From Thermoanaerobaculia bacterium (GTDB lineage Bacteria; Acidobacteriota; Thermoanaerobaculia; Multivoradales; JAGPDF01): a stretch of DNA of 64,000 bases. The notes beneath the pieces are model-generated. The model saw nothing but the letters and a program-made list of their open reading frames with translations, searched no databases and was not told the origin of the DNA. Every line of letters begins with the position of its first letter. Position 1 is the first letter of the stretch. Both the position numbers and the translations under genes were made by a program. This document shows, one piece after another, positions 9,266 through 19,302 of the stretch. The stretch lies in contig CAWBFZ010000010.1 in assembly GCA_963788175.1 (NCBI GenBank), forward strand, positions 6,313 through 70,312. The letters are read 5' to 3'.

Positions 9266-11975
9266 TTGGCCATGTCCTTAGGCGCGGGAAGTCGCCTCGG
9301 CCCCTACGAAATTACCGCCAAGCTGGGCGAGGGCGGCATGGGCGAGGTCTACCGCGCGACCGACTCGCGTCTCAAGCGCGAGGTGGCGATCAAGGTTCTG
9401 CCCGCAGCCTTCACTGCGGACAAGGAGCGTCTCGCCCGATTCGAGCGCGAAGCGCAACTGCTCGCGCAGCTGAACCACCCGAACATCGCTCAGATCTACG
9501 GCCTCGAGACCAGCGGCGCCACGCACGCCCTGGTCATGGAGCTCGTCCCCGGTCCGACGCTCGCCGAGCGCTTCGAATCCGGAGCTTTTTCCATTACCGA
9601 AAGCCTTTCTTTCGCCTTGCAGATCGCCCAGGCGCTCGAAGAGGCCCACGACAAGGGCATCGTCCACCGCGACCTCAAGCCCCAGAACATCAAGGCTTCC
9701 AGTGAAGGAAAAGCCAAGGTCCTCGATTTCGGGTTGGCCAAGGCGATGGACGCGACCGTCGGCGCCGCCTCGGCGGCCGATCTCGCGCGCTCGCCGACGC
9801 TGATGCATTCGCCGACTCTGACCGCCGTGCATGGGACGCAGCTGGGCATGATCCTGGGCACCGCGGCCTATATGGCGCCCGAACAGGCGCGGGGCGCTGC
9901 GGTCGACAAGCGGGCCGACATCTGGGCGTTCGGCGTGCTGCTCTACGAGATGCTCACCGGCGAGCGCGCTGTTCGAGGGCGACAGCGTCGTCGACACGCT
10001 GTCCGCCGTGATGCGCCAGGAGATCGATCTCGGACGCCTGCCCGCCGGCACGCCGGGCGCGATCCGGCTGCTGCTGCGCCGCTGCCTCGAGCGCAGCCCG
10101 AAGAACCGCCTGCACGACATCGCCGACGCCCGCATCGTCCTCGAGGAGCAGATCGCGGGCAAGGGCGACGAGGCGATCCCGGGCGTCGGCGTTCCCGCGG
10201 TAGACAAGGCCGGCCGGTCGCGCCTCGTCGAGCGGCTCGCCTTCGGCATCGGAGCGCTGGCGCTCGCCGGTCTCGCCTGGACTCTCGCTGCCCGCGGCGG
10301 GAGCAACGAGCCGCCGCGGCGCGCGGCGCGCTTCCACATCCTGCCGCCCGAGGAGGCCGAGTTCAACTCCACCGACGGACCGCTCGAGCTCTCGCCGGAC
10401 GGACAATCGCTGCTCTTCCGGCTCGAGAAGCCGGACGGCGAGCACGGCCTCGCCATCCGCCGCCTCGACTCGTTCGACATCCGCGAGCTGCCCGGAACGA
10501 CTCGCGCCTACGACGCCTTCTGGTCGGCCGACGGCCGCTCGATCGGTTTCTTCCGCGCCCAACTGGAGACCATTGACGCCGCCGGCCTGCAGGCGCCGCA
10601 GCAGCTCGCCGTCGTGCGCGACGGCCGGGGAGGAAGCTGGAACCGGAACGGCATCCTCCTCTTCGCTCCGGATCCGGCCGGTGCGATCTATCAGATCCCG
10701 GCGACCGGCGGCGCGCCGGTCGCAGTGACGGCAATCGACGCCGCGCTCGGCGAGACCGCCCACATGCGGCCGAGTTTCCTGCCCGACGGCAAGCACTTCA
10801 TCTACCTGATCAAGTCAGAGCGCGCCGAGAGCTCCGGCATCTTCGTCGGCGCGCTCGACGGCAAGCTCAAGAAACGTTTGCTGCCCAGCGAGACCGCTCC
10901 GCGCTTCGCTCCGCCCTCGTTCCTCCTGCTCTTCCAGAACGACCGCCTGGTCGCACGCCAGCTCGATCTCGAGCGGCTCGAAGTCACCGGCGAAGCGACC
11001 GCGCTGGCTGGCGGCGTCGAGTACACCTCGCGATTCGAGAGCCTGCCGGCCTCGGCGTCGCTCGACGGCAGGCTCGTCTACCACCAGCCCTCGACTGGTC
11101 AACTGCGTCAGACCGTGCACGCCGACCGCCTCGGCAAGCGACTCGCAACGCTCGGCGAACCGGGAGATTCGAACCTGGATCTCTCGCCTGACGGACGCCG
11201 ACTCGCGGTCGTCCGCTTCGATGTCGAACGCCGGCGGCAGTTCGTCTGGATTCACGATCTCGAACGCGACGTCCGCTTTCCGTTGAGCCCGGACAGTCCC
11301 GCCGGCGGACCGGTCTGGTCACCTGACAACCGGACGGTAGCCTACGCCGCCGAAACATCGACCGAGCCGCGCATCGCGACGCGTCCGGCGGACGGCGGCC
11401 CCGAACGCGTCGTCTGGCGTGACCCGTTCATCATGGAGCCGGTCGACTGGTCGCCCGACGGTCGTTGGATCCTCACCGAAGTTGGCTCGGCGGCCGGCAG
11501 GACCGATCTGACGCTGGTCCCGGCCGACGGCTCGGGCAGCGTGGTGCCGTTCGCCAACCAGCGCTTCACCGAGGACAGCGGCCGATTCTCGCCCGACGGC
11601 AGATTCATCGCCTACGTCTCGGACGAGGCGGGCCGCCCGGAGATCTACGTCGAGCCGGTGCCGCGCACCGGTGCCAAGTGGCTGGTCTCGGGCCGTGGCG
11701 GCAACGCCCCGCGCTGGAGCGCCGGCGGCAGGGAACTGCTCTACGTCGAGCCCGGCGCACGCGAGACCGACTCGACTCTGACCTCGGTCCGCGTTGAGCC
11801 GCAGGGCGACGGGCTCGCCTTCAGCCAGGCCACGGCGGTCGCACCGATCCCGTCGCTCGATATCGAGCTTGCCGCCGGCGGCCGCGAGCTTCTGCTGACC
11901 GTTCCGGTCGTCCAGGGCGTCACGCGCCCGCCGATCCTGATCGAGAACTGGACGGCGCTCCTGCCGGCGAAGTGA
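9266..11975 (+). pseudogene. Ser/Thr kinase-TM-beta-propeller paralog 4, frame broken by a +1 indel near 9963-9970
   Basis: The kinase frame 9266.. reads ...EMLTGERAVRGRQRRR (nonsense). The correct continuation ERLFEGDSVVDTLSAVMRQEIDL is in the frame of ORF 10008..11975. Nucleotide alignment to paralog 3 (gagcggctcttcgag versus gagcgcgctgttcgag here) shows one extra base. Confidence 0.75.
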
Positions 11976-12039
11976 GCGGCATCCCCGCCGCGCGCTCGAG
12001 GCAACGCTGGCAGACCAGCCGATGGAATCCGCGAGCTCG

Positions 12040-12082
12040 ATGGTAGACTTTCTGCCATGAATGGTGCCATTGAAACTACCAT
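12040..12082 (+). promoter_or_regulatory. inverted repeat ATGGTAG-N29-CTACCAT with multiple CCAT/ATGG motifs overlapping the antitoxin start; candidate autoregulatory operator
   Basis: Sequence gATGGTAGactttctgCCATgaATGGtgCCATtgaaaCTACCATgg. The arms are at 12040-12046 and 12076-12082. Confidence 0.3.
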
Positions 12083-12320
12083 GGACGCTTCGGGTCGCCT
12101 GGTTCTGCCGAAAGCGGTCCGCGAAGCCGCCGGACTGGAGGCAGGGATGCCGCTCGCCATCACCGTCAACGAAGGCCGGATCGAGATCGAACCCGCTCCG
12201 CGAGCGGTAAAGACCGTGCGTCGCGGCCGGCTCACTGTCGCGTTTGCGCTCGCGGAGCAGCCTAAACTCTCGGCGCGGACGGTACGGGATACCCAGACCG
12301 CCGTGCGGCGAAAGCGTTAG
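12057..12320 (+). CDS. AbrB/MazE (SpoVT-AbrB) family antitoxin, VapB-like
   Basis: SGRLVLPKAVREAAGLEAGMPLAITVNEGRIEIEP matches the swapped-hairpin AbrB-type antitoxin motif (xVxIPKxIRExLGL). The gene is 4 nt upstream of a PIN-domain ORF. An alternative start is ATG 12081. Confidence 0.7.
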   Translation: MNGAIETTMDASGRLVLPKAVREAAGLEAGMPLAITVNEGRIEIEPAPRAVKTVRRGRLTVAFALAEQPKLSARTVRDTQTAVRRKR

Positions 12321-12324
12321 CCGC

Positions 12325-12771
12325 GTGCGAAAGACCGCTGTCGACACGAGCTTGGTCGTCGCGGCCCTGCTCGCCTGGCACGAGGCTCACCTGCCGGCAT
12401 TCGCAGCGTTGACGGCCGCGTTGGAGGAGGGCGAGCTCCTGCTGCCGATCTCCTCGCTGATCGAATGCTACTCGGTGCTCACCCGTCTGCCGGCGCCCCA
12501 CCGCCTGAGCCCGGGCGACGCCGCGGGTCTGCTCGAAAGCGCACTGCGCGGCAACGGCCGCGTGGTGGGGCTCCGCGCCGGAGCTGCCTGGGGATTCGTC
12601 GCGGCGTTGGACCGCGAAAGCGTGCGCGGCGGAGCGACCTACGACCGGAGGATTCTGGAGGAGGCGCGCGCGGCCGGCGCAGAGCGCCTCCTGACGCTCA
12701 ACGGCAGCGACTTCCGGCGCTTCCCCGCAGACCGCCTCGAAATGGTGGTCCCGGGCGAGGCGGCGCGGTGA
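12325..12771 (+). CDS. PIN-domain ribonuclease toxin (VapC-like), GTG start
   Basis: It is in frame with ORF 12244..12771. GTG 12325 lies 4 nt after the antitoxin stop. The N-terminal VDTSLVVAAL is typical of PIN toxins, the size is about 148 aa, and it pairs with the upstream AbrB antitoxin. Confidence 0.65.
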   Translation: MRKTAVDTSLVVAALLAWHEAHLPAFAALTAALEEGELLLPISSLIECYSVLTRLPAPHRLSPGDAAGLLESALRGNGRVVGLRAGAAWGFVAALDRESVRGGATYDRRILEEARAAGAERLLTLNGSDFRRFPADRLEMVVPGEAAR

Positions 12772-12847
12772 CCGAATGCCCGAGAATTGAGACCCGCCTC
12801 GGCTCCTCCGGGATCACCGCCGGAATCGAACTCCTGCCGCTCGCAGA

Positions 12848-15487
12848 TCAGCGCTCGAGCAGGCGATTCCAGTTGAGGAGCACCGTGGTCGGCGGATTGG
12901 CCGCGTCACCCTGCGGCGCGACGGTGAGGAAGTGCTGGCCGTCGGGTGCGACGCGATAGCGGTTGCGCAGGGAGAGCGGCGCGAGCGTCACGGCGAAGAG
13001 AGGCTCGGGGACGTTGGCGTCGAAGCTGGCGCCGGTCGTGACGGCGACGCGCATCATCTTGTTCTCGGGCGAAAGATAGAACAGCTCCTTGCCATCCGGA
13101 CCCCAGGCCGGATCCTCGCCGCCGCGGGTCGAGATCTGCCAGCGGCCCGATGCGCCCCCGAAGCCGACGACGTAGACCTCGGGGACTCCGGATTCGGTCG
13201 ACTCGAACAGCAGCCATCGCCCGTCGGGCGAGACGGTCCCCCGGATGTTGACGAACTCCGAGCCCACGACCACCTTCGCCTGCCCGGGCTGACCGATCGG
13301 AACGGTCCAGATCTGCCAGGGCTTGTCGGGAAACTGGCGCTGAAAGACCAGGCTCTTGCCGTCGGGAGTCAAGGACAGCGGCGCCGCGCGACCCGTCGTG
13401 GCGTCGAAGAGCAGGCGCTCTTCGCCCGTGCGATCGAGCGACCGCTCGACGATCCGCGACGGCTTGCCCTCTTCGCGGCGTTCGAACACTACGCGCCGGC
13501 TGTCGCGCGAGAAGAGTGGCACGACCTCGCCCCCCCTGTCGAAGGTGAAGCGCGACGAGACACCGCGCTTCAAGTCGCGCACCCATAGGTCGGCGTCGGC
13601 GCCGCCGCTTACCTGGTAGGCGAGCCAGCGACCGTCCGGCGAGAGGTCGGCGTTGCCGAAGTTGCCCGCCTCGGCGGCAACCTCGGTGCGGTTTCCCTTG
13701 CGATCGAGCCAGACGTACTGCGACTGGCCGGCCCGCCCGGCGCGGTAAGCAAGGACTCCGCTGCGCGACGCCGAGAAGTCGGCCAGCCCGACGCTGTCGA
13801 TGCCGAGCCCTTCGGCGACCGGCACGGGGTCGCCGCTCAACCTGGCGCTCGCGGCGTCGAATCTCTGCGCCACCAGCGTCGCGTCGCGGACGAATAGCAG
13901 GTAGCCAGGCGGCGCATACTCGACGCGCGACAGGCCGCCGATGACGTCGCGCACGTTCCGGCCGTCGAGGTCGGCGATCCGGATCGCCTCCTTGCCCTCG
14001 TTGATGTTGACGAAGAGGAAGCGTTTGCCGCCCGGGAGGAACTGCGGCCATCCCGCCGTGTTGTTCTCGTCGCCGACGAGGTCGCTGGCGACGCCGCCGG
14101 CGGCGGAGACCTTGCGGATCGGATCGCTGTTGGCACCGTCGAACAGGATCGTGCCGTCTTCGCCCCAGCTGCCGTCCGCGCCGGTCGGCGCGTCGCAGAT
14201 GGACTGCGGCGGGCCGCCGGTGACCTCCACTTTCTTGAGCTTGCCACCGGCGAAGAATCCGAGATGGCGGCTGTCGGGCGACCAGAACGGCCGCGTCGTC
14301 CCTTCGGTGCCGGGCAGCGGCTGCGCCTCGAGCGCGTTCATCGCCCGCACCCAGATCCGGGTCGTGCCCTGGTCGTCGGTGCCGTTGAAGGCGAGGTAGC
14401 GGCCGTCGGGAGAGAGCTTCGGCGAGCCGACGATCGGCAGCTTCGGCGGCTGCGGCACTTCGAACCGGATGAGGTCGGGGACGACCGGCGCGCGCCGGGA
14501 GTAGCCGACAGCAAAGAGAATCGCGGCGGCGCTCGCGCCCGCCGCGAGGCCCCATGCCAGCCGCTCGCGGTTCTTTCGGTGGTGCGCCACCGGCGCCGGG
14601 AGCCCGATCTGCGAGCCGCCCTCGGCAATCCAGGCCAGCTGCAGCCGCACGTCGTGCGCCGTATGCCAGCGGTCTTTCGGGTTCTTGGCGAGACAGGTCG
14701 AGATCACCCGGTCGAGCGCCGGCGGCGAAAGCGGGGCGATCGACGACACCGGCGCCGGCGCGGCGCTCATGATCGCCCCGATGAGGCTCGCCTGGCTCGC
14801 ACCCGAGAACGCCTTCTGGCCCGTGGCCATCTCGTAGAGCACGCAGCCGAGCGCGAAGAGGTCGCTCCGCGCGTCGGTCTCCCGGCCTTCGAGCTGCTCG
14901 GGGGCCATGTACTGGAACGTCCCCATGATCATGCCCGCCGAAGTCAGAGGCGCCGAGTTCTGCTGCGTCGGCAGCTGGCCGAGCTGGGTCACGCCCGACT
15001 GCGGCGCCGTCGCGTGCAGCTTGGCGAGCCCGAAGTCGAGGAGCTTCACGCCGCGGTCGGTGAGAAAGACGTTGCCGGGCTTCAAGTCCCGGTGGATGAT
15101 GCCCGCGCCGTGTGCCTTCTCGAGCGCATCGGCGATCTGGATGCCGAGGCGGAGCACCTCTTCGATCGGCAACGGCCCTTTGGCGATCCGGTCGGCGAGC
15201 GACTCCCCTTCGAGCAGCTCCATGACCAGATAGTCGATCTCCCCTTCCCGGCCGACATCGTGGAGCGTGCAGATGTTCGGGTGCTGCAGCGAAGAGATCG
15301 CCCGCGCCTCGCGTTCGAAACGCTGGCGCACGTCGTCGGACGCCGCGAGGTGGTCCGAGAGCACCTTCAGCGCGACCGATCGGTCGAGCCGCGTATCTTT
15401 CGCGCGGTAGACCTCGCCCATGCCGCCGGCGCCCAGGGGGCCGATCACTTCGTACGGTCCGAGGCGGGCTCCGGAGGTGAGTGTCAT
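12848..15487 (-). CDS. Divergent Ser/Thr kinase-TM-TolB/PD40 beta-propeller protein on the opposite strand
   Basis: MTLTSGARLGPYEVIGPLGAGGMGEVYRAKD with HRDLKPGNVFL and DFGLAKL motifs. The TM segment is LAWGLAAGASAAAILFAVGY. PD40-like motifs PFWSPDSRHLGF, LSPDGRWLAYQ and VSPDGRWLLFE follow. The C-terminal tail is TVLLNWNRLLER. Confidence 0.85.
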   Translation of the reverse strand: MTLTSGARLGPYEVIGPLGAGGMGEVYRAKDTRLDRSVALKVLSDHLAASDDVRQRFEREARAISSLQHPNICTLHDVGREGEIDYLVMELLEGESLADRIAKGPLPIEEVLRLGIQIADALEKAHGAGIIHRDLKPGNVFLTDRGVKLLDFGLAKLHATAPQSGVTQLGQLPTQQNSAPLTSAGMIMGTFQYMAPEQLEGRETDARSDLFALGCVLYEMATGQKAFSGASQASLIGAIMSAAPAPVSSIAPLSPPALDRVISTCLAKNPKDRWHTAHDVRLQLAWIAEGGSQIGLPAPVAHHRKNRERLAWGLAAGASAAAILFAVGYSRRAPVVPDLIRFEVPQPPKLPIVGSPKLSPDGRYLAFNGTDDQGTTRIWVRAMNALEAQPLPGTEGTTRPFWSPDSRHLGFFAGGKLKKVEVTGGPPQSICDAPTGADGSWGEDGTILFDGANSDPIRKVSAAGGVASDLVGDENNTAGWPQFLPGGKRFLFVNINEGKEAIRIADLDGRNVRDVIGGLSRVEYAPPGYLLFVRDATLVAQRFDAASARLSGDPVPVAEGLGIDSVGLADFSASRSGVLAYRAGRAGQSQYVWLDRKGNRTEVAAEAGNFGNADLSPDGRWLAYQVSGGADADLWVRDLKRGVSSRFTFDRGGEVVPLFSRDSRRVVFERREEGKPSRIVERSLDRTGEERLLFDATTGRAAPLSLTPDGKSLVFQRQFPDKPWQIWTVPIGQPGQAKVVVGSEFVNIRGTVSPDGRWLLFESTESGVPEVYVVGFGGASGRWQISTRGGEDPAWGPDGKELFYLSPENKMMRVAVTTGASFDANVPEPLFAVTLAPLSLRNRYRVAPDGQHFLTVAPQGDAANPPTTVLLNWNRLLER

Positions 15488-15558
15488 CGTGGCGGAACCC
15501 TATAGCAGTCGGGCCAGAATTCCCCCCAGTCGAGCCCAAGCCGTATAGGATTCGCTCC

Positions 15559-18288
15559 TTGATCGGCATGCGAGTCGGCCCCTACGAGGTCACCGCCAAG
15601 CTCGGCGAAGGCGGCATGGGCGAGGTCTACCGCGCCACCGACACCAAGCTCAAGCGCGAAGTCGCGATCAAGGTTCTGCCCGCCGCCTTCACCGAGGACA
15701 AGGAGCGCCTCGCGCGTTTCGAGCGCGAGGCGCAGCTCCTGGCGCAGCTCCACCACCCGAACATCGCCTCGATCTTCGGGCTCGAGGAGAGCGCCGGCAC
15801 CAAGGCTCTCGTCATGGAGCTCGTGGAAGGCCCGACGCTCGCCGAACGCCTCGAAGCGGGAGCTCTTTCTCTTACCGAGAGCTTTTCAGCCGCGCTGCAG
15901 ATCGCGCAGGCGCTCGAGGAGGCCCACGAAAAGGGGATCGTCCACCGCGATCTCAAGCCCCAGAACATCAAGGCTTCCAGTGAAGGAAAGATCAAAGTCC
16001 TCGATTTCGGGTTGGCCAAGGCGATGGACGCGACTCCCGGTTCCGCATCTGCGGCCGATCTCGCGCGCTCGCCGACGATCATGAACTCGCCGACCCTCAC
16101 CGCGGTCCACGGCACGCAACTGGGCATGATCCTCGGCACGGCGGCCTACATGGCCCCCGAACAGGCGCGCGGCGTCGCGGTCGACAGGCGCGCCGACATC
16201 TGGGCCTTCGGCGTGGTCTGCTTCGAGATGCTGACCGGCAGGCGGCTCTTCGAGGGCGAAACGGTCTCGGACACGCTGGCGGCAGTGCTCCGCCAGGAGA
16301 TCGACTGGAGCGCCTTGCCGCCGTCGACGCCGGCGTCGATCCGCACGCTCCTCCGCCGCTGTCTCGAGCGCAATCCGAAGAACCGGCTGCACGACATCGC
16401 CGACGCGCGCATCGTGATCGACGAGGTCTCGTCGGGGAGAGCGGAGGCTCCTGCTGCCGGCGCGTCGCCGGCGGCCTTAGCGGCTGCGCCGCGCCGTCGG
16501 CGAGTGTGGGCCGTCGCTGCGGCGGCGCTGGCGATCGGGGCGGCGGCCGGATGGCTCCTGCACGGCTCTCCCGCTCCACCTGCGCCGGCGTCGCGCTGGA
16601 CGCTCGCGTTGCCGGAGGGCTATGCGCTCTCGACGGTCGACTCGCCGCAGATCGCCCTATCGCGAGACGGCGGCTTGCAGGCGATTGTCGTCGTCGGCGC
16701 GAGCCGCGTCGCGCAGATCCTCGTCCGGAGGAGCGATTCTTTCGAGCCCCAGGTCCTCTCGGGGACCGAAGGAGCCTCGTCGCCGTTCTTCTCGCCCGAC
16801 GCGAGCTGGATCGGATTCTTCCGCGACGACGCCCTGATGAAGATCCCGGTCGGCGGCGGGCCGGCGATCCGCCTCGCAGCCATCAAGAACCAGGAGCGGG
16901 GCGCCACCTGGAGCCTTGACGGCTGGATCTACTTCTCGCCCGGATTCGGCGAGCCGCTGTCACGCGTCGGCCAGGGGGGCGGCGCGGTCGAGCCGGTGAC
17001 CCACCTCGACACGAAGCGGAGCGAGCGCACGCACCGCTGGCCGGAGGCGCTCCCGGGCGGCGAAGCCGTCATCTTCACCTGCGACACGGCGGCTTCGACC
17101 GAGTACTACGACGACGCGAGGATCGAAGCGGTCCGGCCCGCCACCGGCGAACGCAAAGTCCTGCTCGAGGGTGCGAGCCAGGCACGCTTCGCGCCCGGGG
17201 GCTACCTCGTCTTCGCCCGCGGTGGCTCTCTTTTCGCCGTCGCGTTCGACACCCGAAAGCTCGAGGTCAGGGGGGCGCCGGTCGAAGTCGTCCGGAGTGT
17301 CGCGACCAACGTCGGTTCGGGTGCGGCGCAGTTCGCCATCGCGCAGAGCGGCGCGGCGCTCTGGGCGCCGGGCGGACTCTCGGCGGCATATCGGGTCGTG
17401 TCGGTCGATCGCCAGGGAAATGAACGGCCGATCGAAGTCCCCCAGGCGCCCTACAACGAGCTCGCGCTGTCGCCCGACGGCTCGCGGCTCGCCCTCGTCG
17501 GCGGACCCGGCGGGATCTCCGACCTCTGGGTGGCGGACCTCTCCCGCGGCTCGCTGACGCGGCTCACTTCCGGCGATTTCGTGCACATGCCGACCTGGAC
17601 GCCGGACGGCTCCAGGCTCGCCTACGCGGTCGTCCGACAGGGATCGGCGGAGGAGCGGACGCGAGTCGACTGGCGGCCGGCCGACGGCAGCCGGCAGGCC
17701 GAGACGCTGGTGGCGGAGGGGCCCGGTCAGTATCCCAGCTCCTTCACTCCGGACGGCAGCACCCTGATCTACGACGCGTTCGATGACGCCCAGGGCAGCT
17801 CTTCCAACATCTGGGCGCTGCCGCTCGGGGGTGAACGCCATGCTCGCGCGCTCACCGCCGGCCCGTTCGCGAAGAACTCTGGCGCAGTCTCTCCAGATGG
17901 CCGATGGCTCGCGTATGTGTCGGGCGAGAGCGGCGGCAACAATGTCTATGTGCGTCCCTTCCCGGAGGGCGACGGGAGGTGGCAGATCTCCACTCCCGTA
18001 GGCGAAGAGCCGCGCTGGGGGGTCGACGGAAGGGAGCTCTTCTTCCGGGCCAACTCGGTGCTCGAGCGGGTGTCGATCGACACCCGCCCGGGCTTCCATG
18101 CCGGCCGTCAGGAACCGCTGCTCGACCGCGTCGCCTCCGGGGGCGAGACCCAGTCCTATTCGCTATCGCCGGACGGTTCCCGGATCTTCACCCTCCGCAC
18201 CGCGGCAGGCAGCGGCGCGAGGACGACCTTCGACCTCGACCTCGGCTTCGCCCGTCGGCTCGACGCGCCGCTGAGCGACCGGAGATAA
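15559..18288 (+). CDS. Ser/Thr kinase-TM-beta-propeller paralog 5 (TTG 15559 or ATG 15568 start)
   Basis: (L)IGMRVGPYEVTAKLGEGGMGEVYRATD with kinase motifs. The TM segment is VWAVAAAALAIGAAAGWLL, followed by PD40 repeats. It diverges from the minus-strand kinase across a 71-bp intergenic region. Confidence 0.85.
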   Translation: MIGMRVGPYEVTAKLGEGGMGEVYRATDTKLKREVAIKVLPAAFTEDKERLARFEREAQLLAQLHHPNIASIFGLEESAGTKALVMELVEGPTLAERLEAGALSLTESFSAALQIAQALEEAHEKGIVHRDLKPQNIKASSEGKIKVLDFGLAKAMDATPGSASAADLARSPTIMNSPTLTAVHGTQLGMILGTAAYMAPEQARGVAVDRRADIWAFGVVCFEMLTGRRLFEGETVSDTLAAVLRQEIDWSALPPSTPASIRTLLRRCLERNPKNRLHDIADARIVIDEVSSGRAEAPAAGASPAALAAAPRRRRVWAVAAAALAIGAAAGWLLHGSPAPPAPASRWTLALPEGYALSTVDSPQIALSRDGGLQAIVVVGASRVAQILVRRSDSFEPQVLSGTEGASSPFFSPDASWIGFFRDDALMKIPVGGGPAIRLAAIKNQERGATWSLDGWIYFSPGFGEPLSRVGQGGGAVEPVTHLDTKRSERTHRWPEALPGGEAVIFTCDTAASTEYYDDARIEAVRPATGERKVLLEGASQARFAPGGYLVFARGGSLFAVAFDTRKLEVRGAPVEVVRSVATNVGSGAAQFAIAQSGAALWAPGGLSAAYRVVSVDRQGNERPIEVPQAPYNELALSPDGSRLALVGGPGGISDLWVADLSRGSLTRLTSGDFVHMPTWTPDGSRLAYAVVRQGSAEERTRVDWRPADGSRQAETLVAEGPGQYPSSFTPDGSTLIYDAFDDAQGSSSNIWALPLGGERHARALTAGPFAKNSGAVSPDGRWLAYVSGESGGNNVYVRPFPEGDGRWQISTPVGEEPRWGVDGRELFFRANSVLERVSIDTRPGFHAGRQEPLLDRVASGGETQSYSLSPDGSRIFTLRTAAGSGARTTFDLDLGFARRLDAPLSDRR

Positions 18289-18294
18289 GGCGCC

Positions 18295-18639
18295 GTGCCA
18301 CTCGCTCGCGGCAGCCGCCTCGGCCACTACAAGATCTCCGCCAAGCTCGGCGAAGTCGACGCAACTGCCGCTACAATCGGCTCGATGCGCACGCAGTCCG
18401 TGGACACGCCGCCGGAGATCGAAGCGATCCAGGTGCAGGTCTTCCGCGAGATGGGTCCGCGCGGCCGCCTCGCCGCAGCGGCGGAGCTGAACGAAGCACT
18501 CGACGATCTCGCCCGGGCCGGAATCCGTTCGCGCCATGGTGAGCTGCCGGAGGCCGAGGCTCGACTGCGGCTCTTCGCGCTCCGCCTGAGCCGCGAGCAG
18601 ATGGTCCAGGCTTTCGGCTGGGACCCCAGCCGCCCGTGA
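18295..18639 (+). CDS. Hypothetical small protein whose first ~20 codons derive from a kinase 5' end (ARGSRLGHYKISAKLGE); possibly a toxin-antitoxin partner of the downstream nucleotidyltransferase
   Basis: The 5' nucleotide sequence ggcagccgcctcggccactacaagatctccgccaagctcggcgaag matches the paralog 2-type kinase start. The rest (EIEAIQVQVFREMGPRGRLAAAAELNEALDDLARAGIRSRHGELPEAEARLRLFALRL...) looks helical and unrelated to kinases. The stop overlaps the next ORF by 4 nt. Confidence 0.4.
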   Translation: MPLARGSRLGHYKISAKLGEVDATAATIGSMRTQSVDTPPEIEAIQVQVFREMGPRGRLAAAAELNEALDDLARAGIRSRHGELPEAEARLRLFALRLSREQMVQAFGWDPSRP

Positions 18640-19274
18640 CGAGCGCTCGCAAGTCGCAAGAGGTCGCCGCACGACCGGGGATCCTCGCGACGCTCCTTGC
18701 GGTCGCGCGGGCCCTCGAAGCCGCCCACGCGCCCTTCCTCGTCGGGGGCTCCCTCGCGAGCTCTTTGCAGGGGATCCCGCGCTCGACGCAGGATGCCGAC
18801 CTGGTCGCCGACCTTGCGGCGGAAGGCGTCGCGAGCTTCGTGCTGGCCCTGGGCGGATCCTTTTACGCCGACGAGGAACGCATCTGCGACGGCGTCGCCC
18901 GGCGCGCCTCGTTCAACGTGATCGACCTGCGCAACGGCTTCAAGGCCGACATCTACCTCGCGATTCGGGACGCTTTCAGCCGGGAGCAGTTCGCGCGCCG
19001 TCAGTCGATCGAGATCGCGCCGGGAACCTGGCTGCCGTTCGCTTCGCCGGAAGACGTCGTCCTGCAGAAGCTGCGCTGGTTCCGATTGGGCGGGGGCGTA
19101 TCGGAACGCCAGTGGCTCGATGCCCTCGGAGTGCTGAAAGTCCAGCGGGACAGGATCGATCTCGAGTACCTGACCCGCTGGGCAGGCAACCTGGAGCTCT
19201 CGGGGCTGTTGCACCGCGCCCTGACGGAAGCCGGCGCCCAACGCTCCGACTCAGGGGAGCCGGCAGCAGAATGA
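18636..19274 (+). CDS. Minimal nucleotidyltransferase (MNT/Pol-beta superfamily) protein
   Basis: PFLVGGSLASSLQGIPRSTQDADLV carries the G[GS]-x9-13-DxD nucleotidyltransferase signature. The protein is 212 aa and is translationally coupled to the upstream small ORF. Confidence 0.55.
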   Translation: MTSARKSQEVAARPGILATLLAVARALEAAHAPFLVGGSLASSLQGIPRSTQDADLVADLAAEGVASFVLALGGSFYADEERICDGVARRASFNVIDLRNGFKADIYLAIRDAFSREQFARRQSIEIAPGTWLPFASPEDVVLQKLRWFRLGGGVSERQWLDALGVLKVQRDRIDLEYLTRWAGNLELSGLLHRALTEAGAQRSDSGEPAAE

Positions 19275-19302
19275 CCGGGCGCAGCGTGCGGAAACCACGC
19301 CG

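Noticed and set aside
9960-9972. Possible programmed ribosomal frameshift sites in kinase paralogs 4 (about 9965) and 7 (about 22946)
   Set aside because: They are simple 1-nt differences relative to sibling paralogs at non-slippery sequences, with no heptanucleotide slip site or downstream structure. Indel mutation or sequencing error is far more likely.
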